Shown: piece after piece, positions 12,954 through 25,881 of the stretch
How the letters are laid out: the number at the start of each line of letters is the position of its first letter
How positions within the stretch are numbered: position 1 is the stretch's first letter
Assembly: GCA_964016885.1 (NCBI GenBank)
Contig: OZ024741.1
Location: 268,398,001-268,462,000 of the forward strand
Direction: 5' to 3'
Length of the DNA stretch: 64,000 nt
DNA from: Eledone cirrhosa
Lineage: Eukaryota
Translations under genes and position numbers: made by a program
The notes under the pieces: generated by a model
Database searches by the model: none
What the model saw: only the letters and a program-made list of their open reading frames with translations
What the model was told of the DNA's origin: nothing

Positions 12954-12987
<34 letters not shown>

Positions 12988-13029
12988 TAAAATATAAGTA
13001 TTAATAAAATAGATGTCCTTTTGATCAAT

Positions 13030-13088
13030 TACATTTTATTATACATATTTCGGATGTACAACAGTACGTACTCATCAGACAAAATATA
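13030..13088 (-). ncRNA. Mirror copy of the hammerhead on the opposite strand
   Basis: minus: tatattttgt CTGATGA gtacgtactgttgtacatcc GAAA tatgta TA ataaaatgta. Confidence 0.65.
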
Positions 13089-13151
13089 ATGATACATGAC
13101 ATACCCTGAGATGTTAAATGGTTTAACATCTCCGGGTATGTCATGTATCAT

Positions 13152-13210
13152 TATATTTTGTCTGATGAGGACATACTGTTGTACATCCGAAATATGTATA
13201 ATAAAATGTA
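13152..13210 (+). ncRNA. Minimal type-I hammerhead ribozyme
   Basis: stem I tatattttgt/ataaaatgta (10 pairs incl. 2 GU); CTGATGA 13162-13168; stem II ggacatac-tgtt-gtacatcc (2 mismatches); GAAA 13189-13192; short stem III; predicted cleavage after AUA at 13200. Confidence 0.75.
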
Positions 13211-13379
13211 ATTGATCAAAAGGACATCTATTTTATTAATACTTATATTTTAATATTAATAACACCTGAAAAGTATTTTCCCGTTGAGTGCTTCCAATCT
13301 ACTGTAAAACTCATTCTTTGACATAATCATCGAATATTGTTTAACAACTTAATACTTATATATATATATATATATATAA

Positions 13380-13582
13380 TAATAAACAACACAATACAAT
13401 TATTCCATTTACCAAAGCTTTCACGAAGACAGGTGAGATCAACAGAGACGTCTGAAATTGTTCATCAGAAGGAAAAATTAAAAACTTTTCCTTCTGATGA
13501 ATGATTTCAGATGTCTCTGTTGAAATCACCTGCCTTCGTGAAACATTTGGTAAATGGAATAATTGTATTGTGTTGTTTATTA
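13380..13582. mobile_element. Fold-back element (family D) with a hammerhead-like motif and long stem II
   Basis: about 95-bp imperfect arms centred near 13481; + strand ttttcctt CTGATGA(13494-13500) atga...tcgt GAAA(13540-13543) catttgg TA aatggaa. Confidence 0.6.
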
Positions 13583-13822
13583 CATATTTAAATAGCTCTG
13601 TAGCATACATAGATCACTCTCCTTTCCTTTACCCTTTCCTTTACCCTTTCTACTTCATATATATATATATATATGTAAATGTGGTTGGTGTTAGGAAGGG
13701 CATCTAGCAATAGAAAACCTGCCAGATAGTCCTATACAAGCGAGACACGGTCACCTGACCAATCTTGCCTCAAGTAGGACAATTCCCATCTAACCCATGC
13801 TAGCGTGGAAGATAGATGTTAA

Positions 13823-14021
13823 CCCTTTAGCATTTACATTACTCTATATATACTATTATATTTTCATGCTAAAGGGTTTATCTCACATAATATCGAATCT
13901 ATGAGATTTTGATAGTATTTATTTTCAGAACAATGCCTTAACATTAGTTTGAGTGGACAGTTTGAACAGAAATAGGTTAGAGAATTCTGGCCGGTTTGGG
14001 GGCAGTTTGAACATTAAAGGG
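13823..14021. mobile_element. piggyBac-type MITE inserted into an RTE-tail fragment
   Basis: TTAA-ccctttagcatt...aacattaaaggg-TTAA; host sequence gatagatgttaa|acgatgttgatg rejoins around it. Confidence 0.85.
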
Positions 14022-14072
14022 TTAAACGATGTTGATGATGATATATATATATATATATGTATTGCAAGGTTT

Positions 14073-14669
14073 TTGATATGAAATTGTGTGTCGAAACAAA
14101 TATTGTTATATTGTTATACTTGGGGAGGGTCATATTGTTATAATATTGCCAGAAATAATAACAGAACACACTCACTCTTTGGTTGGGGCTGGTTTTCGCT
14201 TCTGTATCTTTTATATATCTCCATAGTTAAAAATACAGATATAAATATATATTTATAGTCTATCAACCTCCATTTTTCCACAATATTCTTTCTCTCCAAA
14301 CTTTGCTCTTTCCTGATGAAAGACTAATGTCCAATATGTTCGAACATATATATATATATTTAGACAGAGACAAGAAGAAATAAATAAATAAATAAAATAA
14401 AAATGGCGTAGGCATTACAATACAACAGGAGGAAACATTATAGTACCACTGATGATGTCGCGGGTGTGTGTGATAGACTATTTATATATATTTATATCTG
14501 TATTTTTAATCGTTGGTCAATCAATGATAAACATTGATTGCCAAATAAATTAACTATGGAAATTTAAAAGATACAGAAGCGAAAACCAACCCAAACCAAA
14601 AACCAAACAGTGAGTGTGTTCTGTTATTATTTCTGGCAATATTATAACAATATGACCCTCCCCAAGTAT

Positions 14670-14676
<7 letters not shown>
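14073..14676. mobile_element. Nested Penelope-like inverted-repeat fragments between (TA)n tracts
   Basis: 14112-14228 is inverted at 14550-14676; 14226-14262 is inverted at 14474-14509; partial motifs cGAAAcaaatattgtt and CTGATGA (about 14313 and 14449). Confidence 0.5.
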
Positions 14677-14725
<49 letters not shown>

Positions 14726-15294
14726 ATGTGTGTGTATGTGTGTCTCTAACCCATGCAATCATGGAAAATGGATGTTAAATGGTGATGTATATATATATAT
14801 GTGTGTGTGTGTATAAATATATATATATATACTGTATATATACTGTTTATATATATATTATAAATATATATATATATTTTTTTTTTGCAGGAGTTTTACC
14901 AATCTCATCAATTGTTAGAACTATTCCTTCAGAACCATTTCCATCTCATCTTTTTCCAATATGGCTTTGACAGTTACTCCACTTTTCTGGCAAAGCATTC
15001 AATTAGCTAGTACGTACTTTCTGTCACATTCACTCTGCTATTCCAGATTTAAATAATTAAGTACAGTCTATAAGTTTACATGTCTGTCTAGATTAGTCAG
15101 TCAGTCAATGGATTCTATAGACAGAATCAAACAAACTACCTTAAGAATCTGGAGGTTTGAAATTGCAACATTGTTATTTCATGACATTTAATGAAGTGTT
15201 AAAACTTGGCCAGTATATAAATTATAGAGTAGAGAAAAATGTGAGGAAACTGTTTATTTTACTTTAACCATCGAATTATCGTTGTTGTCGTTAT

Positions 15295-15610
15295 CATCAT
15301 CAACCACCACCCTTCCCCCCTCCCATCATTCTCATCATCACCACCACTATAACTACCACTACCACTACAACCACCATCATAATTATCACTATCATCTTCA
15401 TCATTATCATCACCATCACTGCCACCATCACCACCATCATCATCTTTGTGACCACCACCACCCATCACCATCACCACTATCATTGTCATCACAATCGTCA
15501 ACATCATCATCGCCACCACTACCAACCGTCACCACTACCATCATCACTACCATCACCACCACAATCACCACCGTTATCACCATCATCACCACCACCACTA
15601 CCACCATCAT
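15295..15610. repeat. Compound (CAC/CAT)n microsatellite
   Basis: low-complexity tract that explains the spurious His/Thr-rich ORFs. Confidence 0.9.
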
Positions 15611-16182
15611 TTTATGTCTGGTTTTCTTTTCCATGCTTTCATTGTTTAAACAGGTCATCTCCAACACAATATTCCATCACTTGTTATGGTCTTTTGTTAT
15701 TTCTTTTGTCTGGCTCAAAATCCCAAGATGAATCTTTGGCCCTTCTTCTACATGCTCCTACTTAGATTGCTTGGCAATTCATATACATCCCATATCCATA
15801 CCAATACATCCATATCCATTATATTTCCATACTAGCACAATCTTCTCTCCTGCATGCTACAGCTGATTCCTCTTATACCCAGTTGTCATTTCAGTTCACT
15901 TATGTCCTGTCATTTATACACCCCGATATCATTACAATTTCTACAAGGTTTATCTACATCATTTCTTTCCACCCTCTGGCCATTCTTTGTATTCAATGTA
16001 CCTGGTTCACTAAGGGATGCAGAATTGTATTTCATACACATTCATCATTCAGCCTGCCTTTCACTCAGAAAAAGAATCCTTTTGTTGCCAACAGAGATAA
16101 TATTTCCCTTAACTCCCTGCCATTGCTCTGGTTATTTAGCTTTCACAACATATGCTTCTATGTAAATATGTATGTTTATGTG

Positions 16183-16460
16183 AAAGCACGTGGCCTAGTG
16201 GTTAAGATGTTGGAATTACAATCATAATGCCATAGTTTCAATTCCTGGGTTGGGTTGTGTGTTGTGTTCTTAAGCAAAACACTTCATCTTACATTGCTCC
16301 AGTACACTCAGCTGAAAATAAGTATCAGTAGTAGCTGAGGCTTAACTTTTGTGATGGACTAGCATCCTGTCCAGAGAGACATCTTGTACACTTAGTTGCT
16401 TAATGCTGAGGAAACTGGGATAAGCCCTGGCCTGATGAGCCTCTGAGTTTGGGACATTTT
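16183..16460 (+). mobile_element. tRNA-derived CORE-like SINE
   Basis: head gcacgtggcctagtggttaag...gtttcaattcc, core ttcttaagcaaaacactt...ttgctccagt; inverted copy at 16595-16790; related heads at 17890-18185(-), 23983-24180, 47480-47640, 52011-52130, 54651-54790, 55670-55825. Confidence 0.75.
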
Positions 16461-18432
16461 ATGTATGTTCATGAAGTAACAAAGATTGTAAACTCATAGC
16501 TAAAGGCCTCACGCTCTCTGCCTTGCCTAGCTAAGTGTGGTCATCAGTAAATCAAAAGAAACTATGAATAATGTTTTATATTATTTTTCCAAAGCCTGGA
16601 GGCTCATCAGGCTTGTGCTTATCCCAGTTTCCTTAGCAATAAGCAACTAAGAGTACAGGATTTCTCCCTGGACATGATGCCAGTCAAATGAAGTGTTTTG
16701 TGTAAGAATACAATGTACCACCCAGGCCAGGAATTGAACTTATGACATGATCCATAGTGCAACACCCTAACCACTTGGCCACATGCCTCCATGGTTAATG
16801 GGTTAGATATATGGATATCTGTCAGTAATTGTGGTTACTTCATCATCATCACTGTTTAACATCTATTTTCCATGTTTGCATGGCTTAGATGGGTTGTCAC
16901 ATTCTGTGGCCAGATAGGTCAGGTGACCATGTCCTGCTCATACATTCTGTTTTGACTTTTTTTTTCTATGGTTGGAAGCCCTTCCTAATGCTAACTACTT
17001 TACAGTCTGTAAGAGCATTTTTTGTGGTACCAGCACCACCACCTTACAGAGAAGACTGGGTGCTTTTGTTTCACTAGCAAGGTGGAATTCTACACACTTC
17101 TGATAAGGGTGGATTGAAGACTTATTTTTTGTATGCTAAAACATAGACAAACATTATATATCATTATTATCATCATTTTACATCTGCCTTCTATGCTGGC
17201 ATGGGTATTCACATGATGATGAGGTTCATCAACATCATTTTACATTTGTTTGTCCAAGCTAGGGTAGGTCTTATCTAGCACAACTTGCCTCCACTCATTG
17301 CGTTCCTCTGTCATCTCCTTTTGTAAGGTTCAACATTTTGAGGCCAGCTTTAACCACCTCTGTCCGGGTTTTGCAGCATTTTGTCCAGGTCTTTCCATTC
17401 TAAGTTCCCAAGTAGGTGTGGCAGGGATACTAAATAAAGTGGAAGCAAAATTTGAAGAAAGAAAACAAACAAACAAATAAAAAACAAACCTAAGCTCTAA
17501 AGTGTATTTAGTATATGTTTCTGTGTACATTATCAGTGAGATATAAAAAAAAAAGATATGCACGTATTTTCTGTATCTAAATGTTCATACATATATGATT
17601 GAAGGGCGAGGGATGTTTGCTAAAAACAAAAAAACCTGTGACGACAGTGCAGGACGAGTGATATTCTATTTTCTTTATACTTGCATGAACACATGTGGAG
17701 ATCTAAATTTAGCAGCCAGCAACAGCTTCTTGTGAATCTCGTTTCCTGCATTAATGAATTTTATATCTTTATTTGAAGATATTCAGTAAGTACAATTTTC
17801 ACAATTGATATACCTACCTACCTACATACATACATACATACACACACATATATATTCACACATACATAAATACACACACTCACACATACATACATATTTA
17901 CTGGCACTCCATTGGTTACAATGAGTGTTCCAGATAATACAATCAATGGAATAGCCTGCTCATGAAATTAATGTGCAAGTGACTGAGCATTCCACAGACA
18001 TGAATACCCTTAAGGTAGTTCTCAGGGAGATTCAGGACTTATAGGTACAACACATTATTTCTGGCTGAGTGGACTGAAAGAACGTGAAATAAAGTGTCTT
18101 GCTCAAGGACACAACATGATGCCAGAAATTGATCTCACAAGCCTATGATCACAAGTCAAATGCCTTAACCACTAAGCCACACGCCTATGTATGTATGTGT
18201 GTATGTATGCATGTCTGCATGTATATATGCATGCATACATGCATGCATGTATATATACATGTATGTATGATATATGTATGTTATACTCCAGTACTCATAA
18301 GTTTTATTGATAGCTTATTGCCAAACTGCTAAGTTACAACACAAATGTAGATGGGCATATGCATATATATATAATTGGTGTTGGATGCGGTAGGCCGTAT
18401 GAGCACTCGATGCCCTCGTAGAGCAGAGTATG

Positions 18433-18594
18433 ATATCACAGAAAAAAGAGAATCAGTGTTGCGACGAAAGGAATTTATTGGACATATTACAATTGTTTCT
18501 CGATCGTGCCTCGAGCTGGTTGTGCGAGAAACAATTGTAATATGTCCAATCAATTCCTTTCGTCGCAACACTGATTCTCTTTTTTCTGTGATAT
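18433..18594. mobile_element. Fold-back element with 70-bp arms carrying a hammerhead 3' half
   Basis: arms 18433-18502 / 18525-18594 with about 1 mismatch; GAAA-caattg-TA motif in each arm, CTGATGA half absent. Confidence 0.55.
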
Positions 18595-18605
18595 ATATAT
18601 ATATA

Positions 18606-19913
18606 CAGGGCGTGGACGATATTTGTTCGCAATTTTCAACTGCTAATTTTATGCAAATTTTTTTTACTTCCGTTGTCACTCTTGTCTTCATAAAAACAGT
18701 GACTATATTTCCATTATTTATTTTCAGAATAATTGATTATGAATAATTTTGAACCTCCAAATTTGTGGAAGAGACACGGAGTTCTTCTTGTAATCCACAC
18801 TGGGAGGACAAATAATGAAATTTCAGACTTTCTCAGCATCAGCAGGAGAATGGTGGAAAAGGTCAGAAAGGAATTGGAAGATTCAGAATTCGACTACGAA
18901 GCAACATCAGAGAGGAAAACACATGATCGACGATCTGACGCCTTCAGAACGCCCGAGTTTGTCGCTGAAGTTCAGGATATCATCAACAATGAACCTAGCA
19001 AGTTGATGCGTGCTATTGCAAGGGAGAAAGGTGTGGATGAAAAGCTCATTAGGCTGGTGGTACATGAAGACATTCACTACGTTTCATACAAGATGAGGAA
19101 AGGACAATTTCTGTCAAAGGCGATGCAAGAAAAGCGACTGAAGCACGCAAAGAAGCTGATCAACAAGTTGAAACACCCACTGGAGCCAGACATGCTGTGG
19201 TTTTTCTTCGACGAGAAAGACTTCTGCCAAGATCAGAAGATCAACTCCCAGAACAACAGGTGGCTCGCTGTCTCATCCAAAGACATGCCCAGAGTCATGC
19301 AGACAAAGTTTCCAGTGACAACATTGGTCTTAGGTGTCGTCAGCAGTCAAGGTGACGTCATGCCACCTCACTTCTTCCCTGAGGGCCTCAAGCTGAACAC
19401 CGATGGCTACATCCATGTTCTGAGCAAAGTAGTAAAGCCCTGGATCGACCAGGTAGCTACAGGTAGGCCGTACGTGTGGCAGCAAGACTCAGCGCCCTGC
19501 CATACCAGCCAAAAGACCCAAGCCTGGCTGTCAGAGAATTTCGTTGACCACACTTCACCTGACATTTGGCCTGCCAGCTCGCCTGACTGCAACCCCCTCG
19601 ACTTCTTTGTGTGGGGCGCAGTGGAACGAGACACCAACAGATGTAGCTGCAATATGAAAGACGATCTGAAGGCCAGGATCACAAGTGCCTTTAGTGGCCT
19701 AAGTTGGGGGACAGTGACAAAGGCCTGTAGCCGGTTCCGAGGCCGCCTTGAGGCTGTCATCAAAGCGAATGGCGGGTTTATTGAGTGAGATTGAAAGAAC
19801 AAGTCATGAAGACAAACTGACCCAAGTTTGATAAATATATCTTAAAAAATAAAACTACTGTGTTATTTATTTCCTAGCCAGTAATCTTGCGAACAAATAT
19901 CGTCCGCACCCTG
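18606..19913 (+). mobile_element. Full-length Tc1/mariner element, DD37D (maT) family
   Basis: 27-bp TIRs CAGGGCGTGGACGATATTTGTTCGCAA / TTGCGAACAAATATCGTCCGCACCCTG (2 mismatches), TA flanks, 1308 bp. Confidence 0.95.
18739..19788 (+). CDS. DD37D (maT) transposase, uninterrupted ORF of about 349 aa
   Basis: N-terminal HTH-like region; FFDEK, WQQDSAPCH, SPDCNPLDF with 37 residues between the 2nd and 3rd Asp; ACSRFRGRLEAVIKANGG terminus. Confidence 0.9.
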   Translation: MNNFEPPNLWKRHGVLLVIHTGRTNNEISDFLSISRRMVEKVRKELEDSEFDYEATSERKTHDRRSDAFRTPEFVAEVQDIINNEPSKLMRAIAREKGVDEKLIRLVVHEDIHYVSYKMRKGQFLSKAMQEKRLKHAKKLINKLKHPLEPDMLWFFFDEKDFCQDQKINSQNNRWLAVSSKDMPRVMQTKFPVTTLVLGVVSSQGDVMPPHFFPEGLKLNTDGYIHVLSKVVKPWIDQVATGRPYVWQQDSAPCHTSQKTQAWLSENFVDHTSPDIWPASSPDCNPLDFFVWGAVERDTNRCSCNMKDDLKARITSAFSGLSWGTVTKACSRFRGRLEAVIKANGGFIE

Positions 19914-20094
19914 TATATATACAACCTCTCTATTGCAAATATACATTTTGTTAGCACTCTGAGAATGGGCTTCCGTATGCATTCAAATTATTGCTTGTTG
20001 AGTGAGTAATTCGAGAGCAGTTGGACTTTGGAAAATATTTTTCCTATAGGTTCGGTAACTATAATATATATGTATACATATAATATATATATAT

Positions 20095-21630
20095 AGACCC
20101 AACTGAGGGGCCAGCCATAAAAGTTGACAGCAGTGTGAAATAAAGCAATTAAGGACATGAAGTTAGGAAGGCAGCTGGTCCATCTGGTATAGTTGCTGAG
20201 ATACTAAAAGTATCTGGCGTGGTAGGATAAAAGCTAGCCAGATGCATAGTTAATCAAGTAGTACAGAATTATATCATACTCAATGTCTGGCACCCAGTAT
20301 CAGTGTAAATTGCTACAAGGTCAAGGGAGATATATTAGAGAGAAGTAACTTCAGAGACATCAAGCTGATGGACCAGGTCATGAAAGTTGCTGAAAGGGTT
20401 ATAGCATAACTAATCAGAGACAGAATCAAGTTAGATGAGATGCAGTCTAGATTTATTCCAGGTAGGGGTACTATTGATACACCGTATCTAGTATTTGTAG
20501 ATCTGGAGAACACCTTTGACATAGTCCCATGCTCTATAATCTGGTGGGCATTTAGGAAGCTAGATGTAGATGAATGGCTTGTGAGGGTAGATGAAGTGCA
20601 GATGGAGGTCCACCAGGGCTCTGTCCTCAGTCCACTTTTATTTATCATTGTCCTTCAGGTCATCACAGAGGTGTTTAAAACTGGCATTCCATGGGGGCTT
20701 CTATATGCTGATGACCTAGTCCTCTTAGTTGAATTTGTGGAAGTGATAGAAATAAAATTGCAAGCATGGAAGAACCTCTACTTGAAACGTCTAAAAGTAA
20801 ACTAGCAAAGACGAAAGTTTTAATAAGTAGGAAAGAAGACAGGAGGGTGATACCATCAGAGAAGTGGCCACGTTCGATATATCAGAAAGGAGTGGGCAGT
20901 AATTCCATAAGGTACACATAGTGTAGTTTATGGGCACATAAGAGATGTAGTTGGAGTGCTGGCAGGTTAACAGAAAAGTTAACAGATGCACAGGAGAAAT
21001 AAGCACTAAGAACACACATGAAATAGATTCCTTCAGTTTCCACAGAGGCTGAAATAGTTGACAGCTTTTGCTACTGAGCCATTCAAATTAGCAGTGGGGT
21101 AGGATGCACTGAAAGTGCAATAGCTCGAATAAGAACTGGATGGAAGACATTTAGAGAACTGTTACCGCTACTGATAATAAAGGGCTATTCTCTCAGAGTA
21201 GAGGGTAGACTTTATGATTCTTGTGTACAAACTGCAATGCTACATGGCAGTGAAACATGCACCTTGAATACAGAAGACCTGTGGAGGCTAGAAAGAAATG
21301 AGTTGAGTATACTCTGATGATTGTGTAGTGTTAGAGTGCATGAGCGGCATAGCAAACTGAGGGAAAAACTTGGCATAAGAGGAACTGGATGTAGTGTGCA
21401 AGATAGAAGGCTGCATTGGTATGGACATGTGATACATATGGAAGATAGCAGCTGCATAAAAAAATGTAGAGAAATCTTTGTGGCTGGGACCTGAGGAAGA
21501 GGCAGACCTAGCAAGACATGGTATGTGGTTGTGAAGACCAACCTTAGAAAATTAAATACCACAACAGAAATGACAAAGGACCACAAGGTCAGGTGTTATG
21601 CTGTGCTGCTGAAAATCTGACCAACAGCAA
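20095..21630 (+). mobile_element. Degenerate RTE LINE (RT and 3' part), related to 42014-44780
   Basis: GRGTID, VFVDLENTFD, HQGSVLSPLLF, LLYADDL, RRLHWYGHV with many stops and deletions. Confidence 0.85.
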
Positions 21631-23825
21631 TGTGGCCTGACTTATCCCTGTCCCCCTGCACCAACCTCCACTAGCATCCCTAGCAGCAATCCTCCCCATC
21701 ACTACACCCACCTCAATATTCACACTTTAGCTTTTGTCAACTCAAAAGCCTTTAGATTCCTTCACTATTGCACTCTAGTAGCCACTCTACTCACTCTTAT
21801 GTACCCCATCCACTAGCAGCTATCCTTACCATCACCACACCTCCACCTAATCAATGCCCCCCCCCCCTCATGTATTCTTTAGCTGCTGTCTCCCCTTTCC
21901 CTGAAAACCCTCACTTTCAACCCTAGTAGATACTTTCTGTACCTGACTCATTCCTCTTCTACTATGACTCCTTAACTATTCTCTCCATCACTGCAACTCT
22001 TCTACCTGATAGTATTAAGTGCCACCCATCCTTACTACTTCAGTGTTCTCCTCACCGCATTCCCTTCCCACTCATCACCCTGTCAAATCAAACCACATCA
22101 CACATGCCATAACTTAACTCTTATCCACGCTACAGGTGATTGGCAACAGGAAGGGTACCCCACTGTAGAAACCAGTCATATCAAGGACAAGACATCCTCC
22201 TTAGTGTTTGTGATATACACGATAAACACACCCAATACACTTTGTAAAGCACTTGGTGATAGGAAGTTTGCCAAACAAAGTTTTGGGAGAACACTTCAGT
22301 TGTGTAAAAAATGTGACCGTGTCTCCTGTACACTCAGTAGAATGTGTGACTGTACATAAGCGAGATGCAGACACCCAGCCTGTCTAGGAGGTCAGTAGTC
22401 CTGCTACAGTATTGACTTGGTCTATGTAGACATGTCCAACCCTTGCTAGCAGGGAAAGCGGACATTAAACAATGATGGTGATGATGATGATATATGTGTA
22501 TATATATCATCATCTCCATTTAACGTCCATTTTCCTACACTATCATGGGTTAGACAAACACATATATTTGGTATAGTATGTGTTAGTTAAATAACTGACA
22601 TTGGGTATCAGGATAACGCACTCAATGAAGTATACATGTAGGTCTTCATACTCTGGAGAATAAGTATAATAATAAAATATAAGTCAACAGGTTAGAATTT
22701 ACCTCATTTATTTGTTACACAATTTCTGTTATACATATTTCAATGATAACTGTTATGTAACAGTTATGACCTCACCAGGAAGCTATTAAGTAAACAGAAA
22801 GTTACATGAATAAAAATAAGATGACATGAAAAAAATAAAAAATTACTCATGCAGTTTCCATTCATTGATATGTCACGGCCTGATTAATGATGTTTTTCTC
22901 TCAAAGCCCTGGTGACATATGTCTTTATTGGTATTATTTTTTACGTAGCCAGAAGGCCATACATTTTGGTAGGAAGCAACAATCAGTACTTGACTGGTAA
23001 TTACTTTAGGTGTCACAACAAAAAGCACCCAGTCCACGCTGTAAAGTGGTTGTGTAGGTGTCATGACAAAAAGCACCCAGTACTCACTGTAAAGTGGTCG
23101 TGTAGGTGTCATGACAAAAAGCACCCAATACTCACTGTAAATGAGGTTGGTGCTAGAAAGGGCATCCAGCTATAGAAACCAAGCTGAAATCAGTTCTGTA
23201 TCAGCATGATATGGTCACCTGACTGGCATTGCTCACAACAGGATAACTCATCTAACCTATGCCAGCGTGGAAAAATATGGATGTTAAATGGTGATGATGA
23301 CTCTGAAAGGATAAAAGTCATCACTCATACCACTATTGTTTTACAGTGCAGACTGAGTGTTTTTATTATGGCACTTGCACTATCACTTTACAAGGTGGGC
23401 TGGATGCATTTCATCACGGCACCATATCTATAAAATGCACGCAGTGTAATCTGTCAAATGGCAGGTATTAGGAAGGATTCCAGCTGTAGAAACCATGCCA
23501 AATTATGTGATATATGAGCAAGACGTCATTATCCCACATGTCTTCTCTAGGATTGTCACAACCTGCCCATCTGTGGTTGTAATCATTAAAGAAGGAGCTT
23601 TCAATATGTAAGCATTGAGGTAAATATACTAGATTATATAAAATCATGACAAACTGGCGTATATCCTCGTAGGTACTCAGAGTTTCCCAAAGCAAGCTGA
23701 TATTACTGCCAGTTTGCCATGTGTGTGTATATATATACACACACACATATATATATATATATAATATGCAGATTTGCAGAGTTGTGTCAGGGATGAGGGG
23801 TAACCGTTAAAAAAGGTATCTTTAT

Positions 23826-23953
23826 TATATATAGAAAGGATTTCTACAAGACTAGCACTATTTCAATCGTTTGGAAGCATGAAATCATCTTGAATTGCTG
23901 ATGATTTCATACGAATGAAACAGTTCTAGTCCTGTAGAACTAATTTCTATATA
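23826..23953. mobile_element. Degenerate fold-back element with a hammerhead-like remnant
   Basis: imperfect inverted arms; CTGATGA 23898-23904, GAAA 23917-23920, cagttctagTC; stem II partly deleted relative to the other arm. Confidence 0.45.
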
Positions 23954-25840
23954 TGATAACGATATATATATATGTGTGTGTGAAGCTGCATGGCCTAGTG
24001 GTTAGGGTATTCAGGCAGCGCATTGTCTTTGAACAAGATACTTTATTTCATGTTGCTCCAGTCTACTCAAATGGCAAAAATGAGTTGTATCTGTAATTTG
24101 AAGGTTTATTAATTCAAATGCTCAGCCATTTGCACAATCAGGCTGTTCCATTCATCAAATCAACTGGAACACTCACTTTATACACTCAGTGTTTTCTAGG
24201 AAACAATCGTTTCGGCGACCTTATTTATATCTAGCCTAGATGGTGTCTTGTAAAAGAAAAAAAAATGAATCTAAGGGAAGCAGCAGGAAACCATCTATAG
24301 GTTCTCATGCAAATTTTATGACAATATATAGTTTGTCAAGGAAGTCTGCAGGACGGGAGCTGGACCGCTGACAGCGAAGTTCTTGCCATCGTCAGCAGCT
24401 TGCCTTACCGAGGTGTCAGGGGAGGGTGCTTGGTTGTTTCTACGCCTTATCCTCGCCATCACCAGTGGTAATGCTACGAGCGTGTTGGCTTGCCTCAAAA
24501 AGTTCCGATCACCTTTACCGCACTTAGACTTGGTGTTGAATTGATGTTTTTTTTCGCTTTGATTGTATATTTTTGTGTATTATATTATAGGGTTCATAGA
24601 AATAATTAATTGACTGTATGTATTTTTATCTTATATTAATGTAATAAAAATTCGTCAATAATATAATAAGAAGTGATACTATTTTACTATATGAAAATCA
24701 TGGCTAAACATGTGTTGTACAGAACGGAATCTGGGTGGAAACAATATTTCTGTTCTTGACTGGTAAACTTAGTTTTCCTGATGACCGACTTCTACAGACT
24801 TCTTTGACAAACTATATGCGTGCCTTTAATGTAATACAAATTGTTGAAAGCATGTAGGCCAGATATCCCGAAAAGTGTCATGCACGCTGTCCCTCTCTTC
24901 TGCTTAAGAAATTAAAGGGAAACAAAATAAAATAAGGTACCGAGTCAAAATTACCCATCCTGCCGAAATATAGCTACTTGAAAAGTAATAAGTTTAATCA
25001 TAGTAGATGCAATTTTTATTTTTGTGTTAGAATTATCATATGTATTAACATTTAATAATATATTATACGTAACAATATTAGAAATATTGAAAATAAATAA
25101 TTTCATCGATAATTGTACTATTGATTAGGAAAGGAATTAAGGATGAAACAAGCACTGGATTGAGATTATTATTTTTTTTTGTGAGTAATTTTTTTTAATG
25201 ATCAAAATATAATATTTCTTTTAAAAAAAATTCCCCTCGTAAAATGTATATAATGGATTCGTGTAAATGTTACCAAAGAAAAAATAAAACAGCAAACAAA
25301 TGTCGTCGCTAGACGGAATTAACCGAACGATCAAGGATAGCAGTCTGGTTGAATCAGCTAACATGTTGATCTGTAGTTTCCACCTGCGTCTATTCGGAAT
25401 GAAATATTTTAGGAAAAACATTTACAAGCTGCAAATGTCACGGATAAAATGCTACAGAATCAAGAAAAAGATATTATCTATACACATAGACAAAAATGAA
25501 ACAGTCACGAACGTTTTTATAATGACAATTTAAGGCTTTTGCTCTATTGAGCCAGAGAGCGCCAAAGAACAAACATTCACTCGTTTGATTAGTAGAAACT
25601 TGCTGTCGTTTCTTAATAATTTACGAACAATTTTTGAAGAAAAAATACTTTATGATAGAAGAAAAGAATATTTTTCTAAATTTTCGTCGAATGTCTAAGA
25701 CCAAAAGCTTCCAGCGTGACCACGCGACAGGTAAATCACAGTCTTGATTTTCTGGTATCTGGTAAGAGTATTATTGTGGTGGGAGGGAGCTAGCAATCGA
25801 GACAAGTTTTGTTAAAATTTTGAGATATTTAACCAGAAAC

Positions 25841-25877
<37 letters not shown>

Positions 25878-25881
<4 letters not shown>

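Larger units (their letters stand above)
12984..13358. mobile_element. Penelope-like fold-back element (family A): about 135-bp inverted arms plus about 100-bp tail, within (TA)n
   Basis: palindrome 12984-13256 centred near 13120; hammerhead motif in each arm; tail 13257-13358 also seen inverted at 25878-25978. Confidence 0.75.

Noticed and set aside
15259-15765. His/Thr/Asp-rich ORFs
   Set aside because: Translation of a (CAC/CAT)n microsatellite.
25270-25400. Possible minus-strand first exon or divergent promoter
   Set aside because: Only a weak donor (ttg|gtaaca) and mild CpG retention; insufficient evidence.
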